From assembly GCA_963677435.1 (NCBI GenBank), contig OY781945.1, positions 2,400,001-2,464,000 of the forward strand: 64,000 nt of DNA. The letters run 5' to 3'. The DNA is from an uncultured Aliarcobacter sp. (GTDB taxonomy: Bacteria > Campylobacterota > Campylobacteria > Campylobacterales > Arcobacteraceae). Made by a program: the position numbers and the translations under genes. Below are positions 50,955 to 59,868 of this stretch, piece by piece (within the stretch, counting starts at the first letter, position 1; the number at the start of each line of letters is the position of its first letter). The notes beneath the pieces were generated by a model. The model saw only the letters and a program-made list of their open reading frames with translations. It did not search any database and was not told the origin of the DNA.

Positions 50955-50977
50955 ACAATGCGATTTTATCGCATTGT
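50955..50977. terminator. Hairpin between convergent nosL-like and ppnP genes
   Basis: ACAATGCGAT-TTT-ATCGCATTGT. Confidence 0.65.
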
Positions 50978-50998
50978 GAATAAATGACAAACTAGAAA

Positions 50999-51316
50999 TT
51001 AGTGATTTTTTATAAAAGAACAACAATAGTCAACTAAACTATGTACTCTTAATTTGAATTTTGAATTAGCTTGAATTTCAAATGATGCTGGTCCTTCGTA
51101 TTTTACCCAATCTTGTGCTGGTAACATAACTTCTAAAACACCTCTTTGAATATCCATAACTTCTTTATGAACCGTATTTAATTCATACTCTCCTGGTAAC
51201 ATAATTCCTAATGTTTTTCTAGAACCATCTTCTAATACAATTGTTCTACTAGTAATATTTCCCTCAAAAAGAATGTTTGCTGCTTTAGCAATAGAAACAT
51301 TATTAAATTCTGCCAT
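50999..51316 (-). CDS. ppnP: Pyrimidine/purine nucleoside phosphorylase (DUF1255 family)
   Basis: ANILFEGNITSR, KTLGIMLPGEY, F...ANSKF...DYCC. Confidence 0.88.
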   Translation of the reverse strand: MAEFNNVSIAKAANILFEGNITSRTIVLEDGSRKTLGIMLPGEYELNTVHKEVMDIQRGVLEVMLPAQDWVKYEGPASFEIQANSKFKLRVHSLVDYCCSFIKNH

Positions 51317-51432
51317 TTACTTTCCTTACATAATTATTTAACATATTCTAGCAGAAAAATCATATGATAATATTGAAGCAAAAGAGTAGTTCTTTTTTGT
51401 TATAATCCATAAATTTAAAAAAAGGTGTAAAA

Positions 51433-51696
51433 ATGAGTATCCAAAAAGAATTAGAAGATTTAATAAAAAATGAAGTACTTGTTGAAATTGAAGATTATAT
51501 TGATGAGTTATTTGAAATAATCGCTGCAAAAAAAGATGATGACAGTACAAAAGAAGAATTAACTGAAATGCAAGAGATGAAAAAAGATTTTGAAGATATG
51601 TTAGCTGACTTAGAAAAAGGTGAACTTGATGATGAAGAGTGCAAAGAAATCATTGAAGAAATTAATGAAATGTTAAAAGAAGAAGACGAGGACTAA
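51433..51696 (+). CDS. Small, very acidic helical hypothetical protein
   Basis: 87 aa, 36 Asp/Glu; SD AAGG; TATAAT upstream. Confidence 0.8.
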   Translation: MSIQKELEDLIKNEVLVEIEDYIDELFEIIAAKKDDDSTKEELTEMQEMKKDFEDMLADLEKGELDDEECKEIIEEINEMLKEEDED

Positions 51697-51703
51697 TTTT
51701 TTT

Positions 51704-52318
51704 ATGCAAGGTTATATTATTGATATTAAACCTGTAAAAGATGATGATTTAATTGTATCAATTTTAACAGAACATGAGGTTATGACAACTTACAGATTTT
51801 ATGGAGCTAGACACTCTAATATAAACTTAGGTTATAAAATTGATTTTGAACTTGAGAATACAAGGTCTACAATTCCTAGATTGAAAGATGTGATTCAACT
51901 GGGATTTCCTTGGATTCTTGATAATGAAAAAATGTACTGCTGGCAAAGATATATAAAACTTTTTTACCCTCATTTAAAAGATATAGAAGGAATTGACGCC
52001 TTTTATTTTTACTGTTTAGAAAATCTTGTTCATGTTATGATAAAACAAAATGCGCTAAGAGCCATTTGCGAATCTTATATCTCTTTAATAGAGTATGAAG
52101 GGCGACTACACAGTGATTTAGAGTGCTTAATTTGTGAAAATATTATAAATGATGATGTGTCTCTTGTGAGAGGATTTCTCCCTGTTCATGCAACATGTAC
52201 TCACTCAAAAGCTTTTGAAATAAGTAAAATGAGAGATTTATTTGAAAAGAAGAAAGTGATTAATTTTAATGATGAAGAAGTAGAATACCTTTGGGATATT
52301 CTACTTCAAGGTTTGTAA
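51704..52318 (+). CDS. recO: Recombination protein RecO (epsilon type)
   Basis: MQGYII...DLIV..L...YRFYGARHS...EGRLH...CLIC...HATC. Confidence 0.9.
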   Translation: MQGYIIDIKPVKDDDLIVSILTEHEVMTTYRFYGARHSNINLGYKIDFELENTRSTIPRLKDVIQLGFPWILDNEKMYCWQRYIKLFYPHLKDIEGIDAFYFYCLENLVHVMIKQNALRAICESYISLIEYEGRLHSDLECLICENIINDDVSLVRGFLPVHATCTHSKAFEISKMRDLFEKKKVINFNDEEVEYLWDILLQGL

Positions 52319-52321
52319 GAA

Positions 52322-53146
52322 TTAAAGTTCGTCTAATAATCTATCTTGTAATACTTCAATAGCTTTTTCAAATACTTTTTTATCAAAACCATAAGCTACA
52401 GCTTTTAAAGTTGCTTTTTCAATATTTGCATCACTCAATGGCTCTTTTATATTACATGCTGTTTTAATTACATCTAAAATTTGAGATTTTCTTTTAAAAT
52501 CATCACTTGCATTTGATATATCATCAACATGCTCAATCATATTAATCAAGTTATCACTTAATTTCCAATGTCTAAATATTTGAGCTGTTATTTGAGAAGT
52601 TGTAACACCTAATAACTCGAGTTCAACCTCTTCTAAATTTTTACCTAATGCAACTTTATTTTTGAAATCTTCAGATTTTTTTTCGTTTAAAATCAGTTCA
52701 GCTAAAATAAATTTTCCTGTTTCTTGTAAAAGAGCAGGAAGAAGTATCTCTTCTTTTAATTCAACATCAATTTTTGATAACCATAAACTAGCTAATGTTG
52801 AAGAGATATTTGAAGCTCTCATAAAATCATCACTATTTATTCCATATGGCTCCAAATTTGTCATTAATAAATTTTGTACTGTTCCACCAATTGCGATAGA
52901 AATTGTAAAATTTATTCCTAAAAGATTTATAGCACGACTAGGAGTTTCAACTTTTGAACGAAATCCAAACATCGCAGAATTAGAAATTTTCAATAAAGTA
53001 GAAATTATTAACGCATCTTTTTCTATTATCTTTAATAAGTCTATTGGCTCTTTATTTAGTTTTTTTCTAAACTCTTCTATTTCAATTATTGTCTTTGGCA
53101 ATGGTGGAAGAGATTCTATCTTCTCTAAAATACTATTAGATGACAA
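52322..53146 (-). CDS. HDOD domain protein
   Basis: LPPLP, LLKISNSAMFG, AINLLG, ALLQETGK, HWKL. Confidence 0.92.
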   Translation of the reverse strand: MSSNSILEKIESLPPLPKTIIEIEEFRKKLNKEPIDLLKIIEKDALIISTLLKISNSAMFGFRSKVETPSRAINLLGINFTISIAIGGTVQNLLMTNLEPYGINSDDFMRASNISSTLASLWLSKIDVELKEEILLPALLQETGKFILAELILNEKKSEDFKNKVALGKNLEEVELELLGVTTSQITAQIFRHWKLSDNLINMIEHVDDISNASDDFKRKSQILDVIKTACNIKEPLSDANIEKATLKAVAYGFDKKVFEKAIEVLQDRLLDEL

Positions 53147-53209
53147 ATTAAACTCCTAATTTTTATTGTTTATATTTTAACAGAACTTATATCAATAGTA
53201 AATAAATTA

Positions 53210-54313
53210 CTATACATTAAACCTAAAGTGCATAATATCACCATCTTGAACAACATACTCTTTACCTTCAAGTCTTAACTTACCAGCTTCTTTACATTTT
53301 GCTTCACCACCAAGATTTACAAAATCTTCATATGCTATAACCTCAGCTTTTATGAATCCTTTTTCAAAATCATTATGAATAACAGCTGCTGCTTGTGGTG
53401 CTTTTGTATTCTTTCTAATAGTCCAAGCCCTAACTTCAACTTTTCCAGCTGTAAAATAAGATTGTAATCCTAATTTATCAAAAGCTTTATGAATTATTTG
53501 CTCTAGTCCTGATTCACTAACACCTAAATCTGCTAAAAACTCTGTTGCTTCTTCATCTTCAAGACCTACAAGTTCTTCTTCAATTTTTGCACAAAGAACA
53601 ATTACATCAGCGCCAACACTTGCTGCGTGTTCTTTTAAAATATCAACAAATTTATTTCCACCATCTGCCAATGAATCTTCATCAACATTTGCTCCATAAA
53701 TTACATCTTTATTTGATAAAAATCTCATCTCTTTATCAAGTGAAATAAATACTTCATTCTCTTGATTTTCATAAGTTTTAACAGGTTGTAACTCTTCTAA
53801 GTGTTTAAATAAATCTTCTGCAATAACTAAAGATGCAGCTGCTTCTTTTGAAGATTTTGATTGTTTTTTTAATCTATCAATTTTTTTCTCTAATTGAGAA
53901 ATATCAGCATAAATTAATTCAGTTTCAATGATTTCAATATCTCTTAAAGGATTTACATCTCCCTCAACATGGATAATATTTCCATCTTCAAAACATCTAA
54001 CCATATGTAAAATAACTTCAACTTCTCTAATGTTTGATAAAAATTGATTTCCTAAACCCTCACCCTTTGAAGCACCTCTTACAAGACCTGCAATATCAAC
54101 AAAATCAATAGTTGAATGTTGGATTTTATCAGGAATAACGATTTTTGCTAAGGCAGTTAATCTTTTATCAGGAACTGGAACTATTGCTTTATTTGGCTCA
54201 ATTGTACAAAATGGATAATTTTGTGCCTCTGCATTTTGCGCTTTTGTTAAAGCATTAAAAGTTGTTGATTTACCCACATTTGGAAGTCCTACTATTCCTA
54301 CACCTAATCCCAT
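53210..54313 (-). CDS. ychF: Redox-regulated ATPase YchF
   Basis: GIVGLPNVGKST, YPFCTIEPN, DIAGLV, LEGKEYVVQDGD. Confidence 0.98.
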   Translation of the reverse strand: MGLGVGIVGLPNVGKSTTFNALTKAQNAEAQNYPFCTIEPNKAIVPVPDKRLTALAKIVIPDKIQHSTIDFVDIAGLVRGASKGEGLGNQFLSNIREVEVILHMVRCFEDGNIIHVEGDVNPLRDIEIIETELIYADISQLEKKIDRLKKQSKSSKEAAASLVIAEDLFKHLEELQPVKTYENQENEVFISLDKEMRFLSNKDVIYGANVDEDSLADGGNKFVDILKEHAASVGADVIVLCAKIEEELVGLEDEEATEFLADLGVSESGLEQIIHKAFDKLGLQSYFTAGKVEVRAWTIRKNTKAPQAAAVIHNDFEKGFIKAEVIAYEDFVNLGGEAKCKEAGKLRLEGKEYVVQDGDIMHFRFNV

Positions 54314-54693
54314 TATAATCCTTTTGTCTTTAATGATATGTTCATAATTATCACATCGTAATTTTAAAACAGATTATAAACGAAAATGCCAAAGAAGTAG
54401 ATAAAATGTTTATTATTAGACTTATTTCAAGTAAATAAAATGAAATTCTCTTGAAATTCTAAAATTTGGGAAGAGAGTATAGTTGATTAAAAAGAGTATT
54501 TTATAATGAAGTGGACAAGCAATTTTTAGAATAAATCAATAAAAAAAGCCAATTTTCAAATCATTAATTTTGTTATCTTTTAATTAAATATAAAATATAT
54601 AAATTATTATAATATAAATATCTCATTATAAAGCATTTATAAAGTTATTTTTATAGATAATAAAAGTTATTAAATTATAAAGGATAAATAATA

Positions 54694-55305
54694 ATGAAGG
54701 AAATGTACATAAAATCAATTTTAGGTGTTGCATTATTATCAGCAACTGCGTTATTAACAGGATGTGGGTCAAATAATATACCAATGGAACCTGTTAATGC
54801 AAAAACTTTAGAACTAAATAAACTAAAAGAACAATATCCAAATATAAATATTACACAACAAGATATAGATAAGGGGAATATTTTATATAGTGGTGCAAGT
54901 GGTGATTATTCAATGATGAGCATGAAAAAACAAAATAATCATATTATTTCAGGTATTCAAAAAGCATCTATGGACACTTTAAATTCAAAAGCTACATATT
55001 TTGAAGTTGTAGCCCCTAAAGCTTTAGCTGATAAAAAATTATCTACTTATGAACAATTCAGTAAAGAGTGTTTAAGCTCTAATCCATTTGGTGGGAGTGA
55101 TCCTTGTGATATTACAAATAGTTCATTTTTCTTAAGAACAAGTGGAATTGCTGGTCATTTAATGGATAATGATGCAACTGCAAAACTTTTAATAAAAATA
55201 TATACAGAAAAACCATCAAATATAGCTGTATTTGATGCAAATGAAGTGTTAGATTCTTTAAAAAAGAAAGATGAACTTCAAAAAAATTTAACTGAAAATA
55301 AATAA
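54694..55305 (+). CDS. Hypothetical lipoprotein (paralog of 56621-57169)
   Basis: Lipobox LLTGC; shares a motif series with 56621-57169. Confidence 0.85.
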   Translation: MKEMYIKSILGVALLSATALLTGCGSNNIPMEPVNAKTLELNKLKEQYPNINITQQDIDKGNILYSGASGDYSMMSMKKQNNHIISGIQKASMDTLNSKATYFEVVAPKALADKKLSTYEQFSKECLSSNPFGGSDPCDITNSSFFLRTSGIAGHLMDNDATAKLLIKIYTEKPSNIAVFDANEVLDSLKKKDELQKNLTENK

Positions 55306-55319
55306 CTAGAATCATTAGT

Positions 55320-55988
55320 ATGAGAAAAAAGTATAATTTACTATTGCTATGTGTAATAATTTTAGAATTAACAGGATGTGGTACAACAAATAGTCTTCTA
55401 CTTAAAGAGTTCAAAAATAATGATTCTTTAGATAATATGTTTTCTTTTTCAGATGTTTTATTATCAATAGACAAAAAAAGTGAGAATTATGAAAAATTCA
55501 AAAAACAATTTATATTTAAGGATACTGTTCCAATTGAATTAATTGATAAATGTGATGGATACTTAAAAGGAGGAATTTTATATAAGGATTCTAATGGTTT
55601 TGAAAGATATTCGAATTGTATGAAAGAATCAGGATATGAAGTTCGTAGAATACCATCTTTAGGCTTATTTCAATTATATGGAAATTCATTTATTGGTGAA
55701 AATTATTCAGGAATGTTCAGTTTTGCAGATATAGGTTCTTATTATGCATTTACTAGTGGAGGGAATTTTATTACAAGAAATTATCTTTATCAATATTTTG
55801 GATTAATTGAAAATGAAGATAAAGCAGAACTTTTATGGTATGGAAGTTATACAAATCAAGAATCCATTAAAAATAGTATGAAAAATGCAAAATATGAAAC
55901 TATTATTGGATTAGTCAATTTGTATAAAAAAGTATTAGATCAATATAACATACCTTATCAAGATGTATATAATAATTCGAAAAAATAG
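55320..55988 (+). CDS. Hypothetical lipoprotein
   Basis: Lipobox ELTGC. Confidence 0.8.
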   Translation: MRKKYNLLLLCVIILELTGCGTTNSLLLKEFKNNDSLDNMFSFSDVLLSIDKKSENYEKFKKQFIFKDTVPIELIDKCDGYLKGGILYKDSNGFERYSNCMKESGYEVRRIPSLGLFQLYGNSFIGENYSGMFSFADIGSYYAFTSGGNFITRNYLYQYFGLIENEDKAELLWYGSYTNQESIKNSMKNAKYETIIGLVNLYKKVLDQYNIPYQDVYNNSKK

Positions 55989-56030
55989 TAATTATTTACT
56001 ATTTAATTTCAATTTTAATAATGGAGAAAA

Positions 56031-56345
56031 ATGCTAAAAAAATCAATTTCAATCATAACAGCAATCACTTTTTTTAGTGGTTGTGCTGTAAAACAAGAGG
56101 ATTCAACTGCCACAAAAGCCTTGAAGCATACAGTAAATGCACCTGTTTATTTAGTTTTAGGTGTTGGAATGATTGGAACATTAGCAATACAAGGAGCAAT
56201 TCTTGCTCCAGCTGCAGCTGTTAATGCAATAAAACCAAAAAGTGAAGAAAATTCAGAAACGAAAGTAATTGAAGTAAAAGAAAAGGAAAAAATTGAATCA
56301 GTGGAAATTTCTGATGAAGATAAAGCTATTAAAAGTATGAATTAA
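56031..56345 (+). CDS. Small hypothetical lipoprotein with internal hydrophobic Gly/Ala segment
   Basis: Lipobox FFSGC; VYLVLGVGMIGTLAIQGAILAPAAAV; SD GGAG. Confidence 0.8.
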   Translation: MLKKSISIITAITFFSGCAVKQEDSTATKALKHTVNAPVYLVLGVGMIGTLAIQGAILAPAAAVNAIKPKSEENSETKVIEVKEKEKIESVEISDEDKAIKSMN

Positions 56346-56620
56346 TAAATTCATATAAATAACAACTATTTTATTTTTTGTAATATTTAGATTTCTCAGT
56401 TTCATTCCCGACAAAAATATTGAAAATAAGGAAAGAGATTATACTAAAATAGATTAAAAATAATTCTAAATATTTCATATGTAAAATATTACTTTTAAGT
56501 AATATAAATCAAAAAATAGTTATTTATTTTTATAAATTCCTAAAATGAGTCATTTATGAGTCAACTTTTTTTGTAGAATACAATAATTTTATTATTAAAT
56601 AAACAAAAAGGGAAATAAAA

Positions 56621-57169
56621 ATGGGAAATATTATTAAAATAATATTTGGAATAACTTTAGTTTTGATTTTATCTGGATGTTCAGATAAAAGTTATGCCAT
56701 CTTAGTAAATGAAAAAAGTTGCAAGGTAGTAAATAATTGTGAAGACAAGGATAAAAACACTTATATAATAGATGCTCTTGGAGAGTATAGTGCATTTAGA
56801 CATGTAAATTTAAATAATTCTATTAGAGCTGGTTTACAAGTATCTGCAGAATTAACTTTACAAAAAGGAATGAAATATTTTGCAATTATACAACCACAAT
56901 CTGTTTCAAATCTAAATGGATCAATGATTAACACCACAAAAGAGTTTTTAGATAAATGTGAATTTGGATTCTTTGAAGAGATGATTTCTTCAAAATGTAA
57001 TCTTCATATAATACCAAGAAGAACCAAATTAATAATTAAGCTTTATAAAGAACAACAAGTAAATATTTTAACATTTGATGCTCAAAATGTTTTAAATGAT
57101 TTAAAACAACTTGGTTATTATCAAAATGATTCTACTTTAGAATCATCTGAAATTAAAGAAATTAAATAG
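56621..57169 (+). CDS. Hypothetical lipoprotein (CC0125/CC1285-like motif)
   Basis: Lipobox ILSGC; SAELTLQKGMKYFAI resembles the AELTL..G..YF motif of CC0125/CC1285-type lipoproteins (family link from memory). Confidence 0.8.
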   Translation: MGNIIKIIFGITLVLILSGCSDKSYAILVNEKSCKVVNNCEDKDKNTYIIDALGEYSAFRHVNLNNSIRAGLQVSAELTLQKGMKYFAIIQPQSVSNLNGSMINTTKEFLDKCEFGFFEEMISSKCNLHIIPRRTKLIIKLYKEQQVNILTFDAQNVLNDLKQLGYYQNDSTLESSEIKEIK

Positions 57170-57178
57170 GAGTATATA

Positions 57179-57808
57179 TTGAAAAAAAGTGTAATTATTA
57201 GTGCGTTAATACTTTCAGTTGGAAGTATATTTTTTACAGGGTGTAATGATGATGATAAAAGTAAATTTGAGTTATCAAATACAGTGGGAAAAACATATTT
57301 ATTAGATAAACAAAAAGGTGATGTTTTTTATATAGATAATAAAACAATGTATAAGGTTGTAACAGAGACAGAAACTAATAATAAAATTGGTGAAATTCTA
57401 AATTTAGACACTACTTTTGATTACACAAAAGTTTACATAAAAACAAAAATTTATAATGATAGTATCTATTATAAAGTTGATTTACAATATGTTCCGTTAA
57501 TAAAAGAAGTAGAAGATGAAAAAAATCCATCTATAAAAGTTAAAAAAGATGTTTCATCAGTTAACTTTGAAGAATGGAAAAAAATGATTAGAAGTCTAAG
57601 TTCAAACTACAGTATAAGTGCTGTTTTTATGGATGAAGATGATTTCACAGTTATAACAAAAGATATTTTATTAAGAAATATATCTGTAAATAATGTGAAT
57701 GGTGTAACTTATGAAGGAAGTTTTGTTATTGATAAATCATTAGCTACAAAAATCAATAAATTATCTTACTACTATTATTTCCCAGAATTTCAGAATTCGA
57801 AAAATTAA
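57179..57808 (+). CDS. Hypothetical lipoprotein
   Basis: TTG start with SD AGGAG; lipobox FFTGC; TYLLDKQKGDVFY beta motif. Confidence 0.8.
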   Translation: MKKSVIISALILSVGSIFFTGCNDDDKSKFELSNTVGKTYLLDKQKGDVFYIDNKTMYKVVTETETNNKIGEILNLDTTFDYTKVYIKTKIYNDSIYYKVDLQYVPLIKEVEDEKNPSIKVKKDVSSVNFEEWKKMIRSLSSNYSISAVFMDEDDFTVITKDILLRNISVNNVNGVTYEGSFVIDKSLATKINKLSYYYYFPEFQNSKN

Positions 57809-57820
57809 AAGAGTAATGAA

Positions 57821-57860
57821 ATAAATATACATATATTTTAATAATTATATGTATATTTAT
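57821..57860. terminator. AT-rich inverted repeat between convergent genes
   Basis: About 15-bp arms, ATAAATATACATATA ... TATATGTATATTTAT. Confidence 0.5.
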
Positions 57861-57890
57861 GAACCATAAGACAATTAGGATATTGTTAGA

Positions 57891-58970
57891 TTAAATATCT
57901 TCATTAAAAACCAACTTCCAAAATGCTTTATATGCAACTATTTTTTGTGTTTGTGGAGTTAAACTTTTCAGAACTTCACGAGATGCTTCTATTTTTTCAT
58001 TTAACTCATCTTGTCGGTCGCCACCAATATCAAAGGCTGTTAAAAAACGATAGGGATAATCTTCTATTAACTGTGCCCACTCTTTTTTTAGTTTTCCTGA
58101 ACTTCTATCCCAAATCGTAGATTGGAATTCATTACTTGGTTTATAAAGTGAATCTTTATCACCAAAAGCTAAATCAAAATAGAGATTTGGGTGGCGTTGG
58201 ATTAAACCTCTCACTAAAGCAGGAGTATATTGTTGTGCTTTTTCATGGTATCGGATTTGAGCCAAATGACACCAAATGACTTTAGCTTTTGGATAAGTAT
58301 CAAGCATATTTTCTAAAGGTTTTAATAAAGAATCTTCTATTTCATAATGTATTTGAAATGGAAGTCCAGATTTTTGAGAGAAAGCAAAAAGCAGATGCCC
58401 TGCTTGGGAATCTATAGGAATATTTGTATCTCTATTGGTTTCATTGTTTTTATATTGACGAGGTGAGAGGTAATGTCGAAATTCGAACTCACCTAAAAGT
58501 GGATAATTCTGTTTTGTAACTTGTTTTATTGTTTCATTTACAAAGGCTGTTGATTCATTTGTCCAAGCGGGATAAATTCCAGCTGTACTTGCGGGAATAT
58601 ATCTTGATGCGTCTGCATTCATCAAAACACTTGGTGAATCATGCCAAAGTTTTGAGTCTTTAAAATAAGCTTTATCTCCAATTTGTGGTGAAAAAGCAAT
58701 CATTGCAACACCTTTATCATCCATTATTTTGGCGTAATCTTGTAAGTCAAATTTACTTGGATTAAATGATGATTCAGCATCAATCAAAGGAATAACACCT
58801 TGAGCTAGTATTGCATTAATACGGGCTTTCCATAATATTTTAAGTGCTGGTATATCAAAGGCTATTGTGCTTTTTTCAAAGGATGAAAGAGAGTTTGAAG
58901 AGGGTAAAGGCGAAATAGATTCAGCATGTAAACAAAAGACAAAAACCATAATAAAAGAGAAAATTTTCAT
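57891..58970 (-). CDS. Secreted amidohydrolase-superfamily (TIM barrel) protein
   Basis: Signal peptide; LLGEF, PFQIHYE, YPKAKVIWCH, HPNLYFDL, RFLTAFD. Confidence 0.82.
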   Translation of the reverse strand: MKIFSFIMVFVFCLHAESISPLPSSNSLSSFEKSTIAFDIPALKILWKARINAILAQGVIPLIDAESSFNPSKFDLQDYAKIMDDKGVAMIAFSPQIGDKAYFKDSKLWHDSPSVLMNADASRYIPASTAGIYPAWTNESTAFVNETIKQVTKQNYPLLGEFEFRHYLSPRQYKNNETNRDTNIPIDSQAGHLLFAFSQKSGLPFQIHYEIEDSLLKPLENMLDTYPKAKVIWCHLAQIRYHEKAQQYTPALVRGLIQRHPNLYFDLAFGDKDSLYKPSNEFQSTIWDRSSGKLKKEWAQLIEDYPYRFLTAFDIGGDRQDELNEKIEASREVLKSLTPQTQKIVAYKAFWKLVFNEDI

Positions 58971-59038
58971 TGCAACTCCTTTTATAGTATATTAGTTTTT
59001 TAAACTTCAACTTTAAAAGTATTATAACAGTATTTCAT

Positions 59039-59062
59039 AACAATAGGTGTTACCCTATTGTT
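59039..59062 (-). terminator. Hairpin downstream of the small lipoprotein gene
   Basis: AACAATAGG-TGTTAC-CCTATTGTT. Confidence 0.6.
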
Positions 59063-59067
59063 TAAAA

Positions 59068-59229
59068 TCAATCTGTTTTTTTCTCTATATATTTAGCGCC
59101 ATCATTAACTTTTTCTTTACTCCATTGAGCACCATCTGAGGTATCTTGTTTTGCACCTTCCCATGTTGCACAACCACTAGCTATGAAAAGCACAAATAGA
59201 AGTATTATAAAAGATAAACTTTTTTTCAT
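59068..59229 (-). CDS. Entericidin-like small lipoprotein (53 aa)
   Basis: Hand-translated: MKKSLSFIILLFVLFIASGCATWEGAKQDTSDGAQWSKEKVNDGAKYIEKKTD; lipobox ASGC and a CxTxxGxxxD pattern; ATGA overlap with the upstream stop. Not in the ORF track. Confidence 0.8.
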   Translation of the reverse strand: MKKSLSFIILLFVLFIASGCATWEGAKQDTSDGAQWSKEKVNDGAKYIEKKTD

Positions 59230-59534
59230 TTGATGTCCTTTTTGATTTCGTCGATTTTATCAGGAGTTTTTTTTGCATATGCTCGAATTGAATCCCAACT
59301 TTTTTCAATATCTTGTTTAAGATGTTCCCAAACACCCTCTCCAACATTTCCAAGTTCGTTAAGTTTTGATTTTGCAATATTATAGTTATTTTCTAAAGTT
59401 TCAACTTCTTTAGCGTAGCTAATTTGCATATCAGCACTAGCATTTTTTGCTTTTGCTTTTAGTACTTCAAGATTTGCTTGAACTAATTCCAATTCCGCTT
59501 GTATTTTTTGTTTATACGCTTCTTTTGTATTCAT
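59226..59534 (-). CDS. Small coiled-coil protein (sll1863-like stress protein)
   Basis: MNTKEAYKQKIQAEL...LKAKA...WEHLKQDIEKSW; SD AAGGA. Confidence 0.8.
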   Translation of the reverse strand: MNTKEAYKQKIQAELELVQANLEVLKAKAKNASADMQISYAKEVETLENNYNIAKSKLNELGNVGEGVWEHLKQDIEKSWDSIRAYAKKTPDKIDEIKKDIK

Positions 59535-59571
59535 GATATTTTCCTTTTTTTATAGAGAGTTTTTACAGTTA

Positions 59572-59718
59572 TTAAAGTCGTTGACCTTTTATAATACGAA
59601 CTAAAATAACAACAAGTGCAAGAACTAAGAGAATATGAATAAATCCTCCCATTGTGTATGAAGATATAAGTCCTAAAATCCAAAGGACAACTAGAATTAA
59701 AGCAACTGTTTCGAGCAT
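59572..59718 (-). CDS. lmo0937-family small membrane protein (48 aa)
   Basis: Hand-translated: MLETVALILVVLWILGLISSYTMGGFIHILLVLALVVILVRIIKGQRL; SD AGGAG. Not in the ORF track. Confidence 0.9.
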   Translation of the reverse strand: MLETVALILVVLWILGLISSYTMGGFIHILLVLALVVILVRIIKGQRL

Positions 59719-59868
59719 TTTATTTCTCCTTTTATATAATAATTTTTTGTAAAGTTAAATATTGTTAATTGGCCATAACTACACTATACAGCAATATTTC
59801 TTTTTTATGCTTGGGAAATTAAATTTGAGTAATTTTTCGCTATAATGAATAAAAAAACCGGATACTTT

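Noticed and set aside
56355..56527. Imperfect long-range inverted repeat suggesting a MITE
   Set aside because: Arms are short, gapped and nearly all A/T; no target-site duplication or second copy seen
54314..57890. Integron cassette array or prophage/ICE explanation for the lipoprotein cluster
   Set aside because: No integrase, no repeated attC-like elements (some spacers are only 9-42 nt) and no flanking direct repeats found
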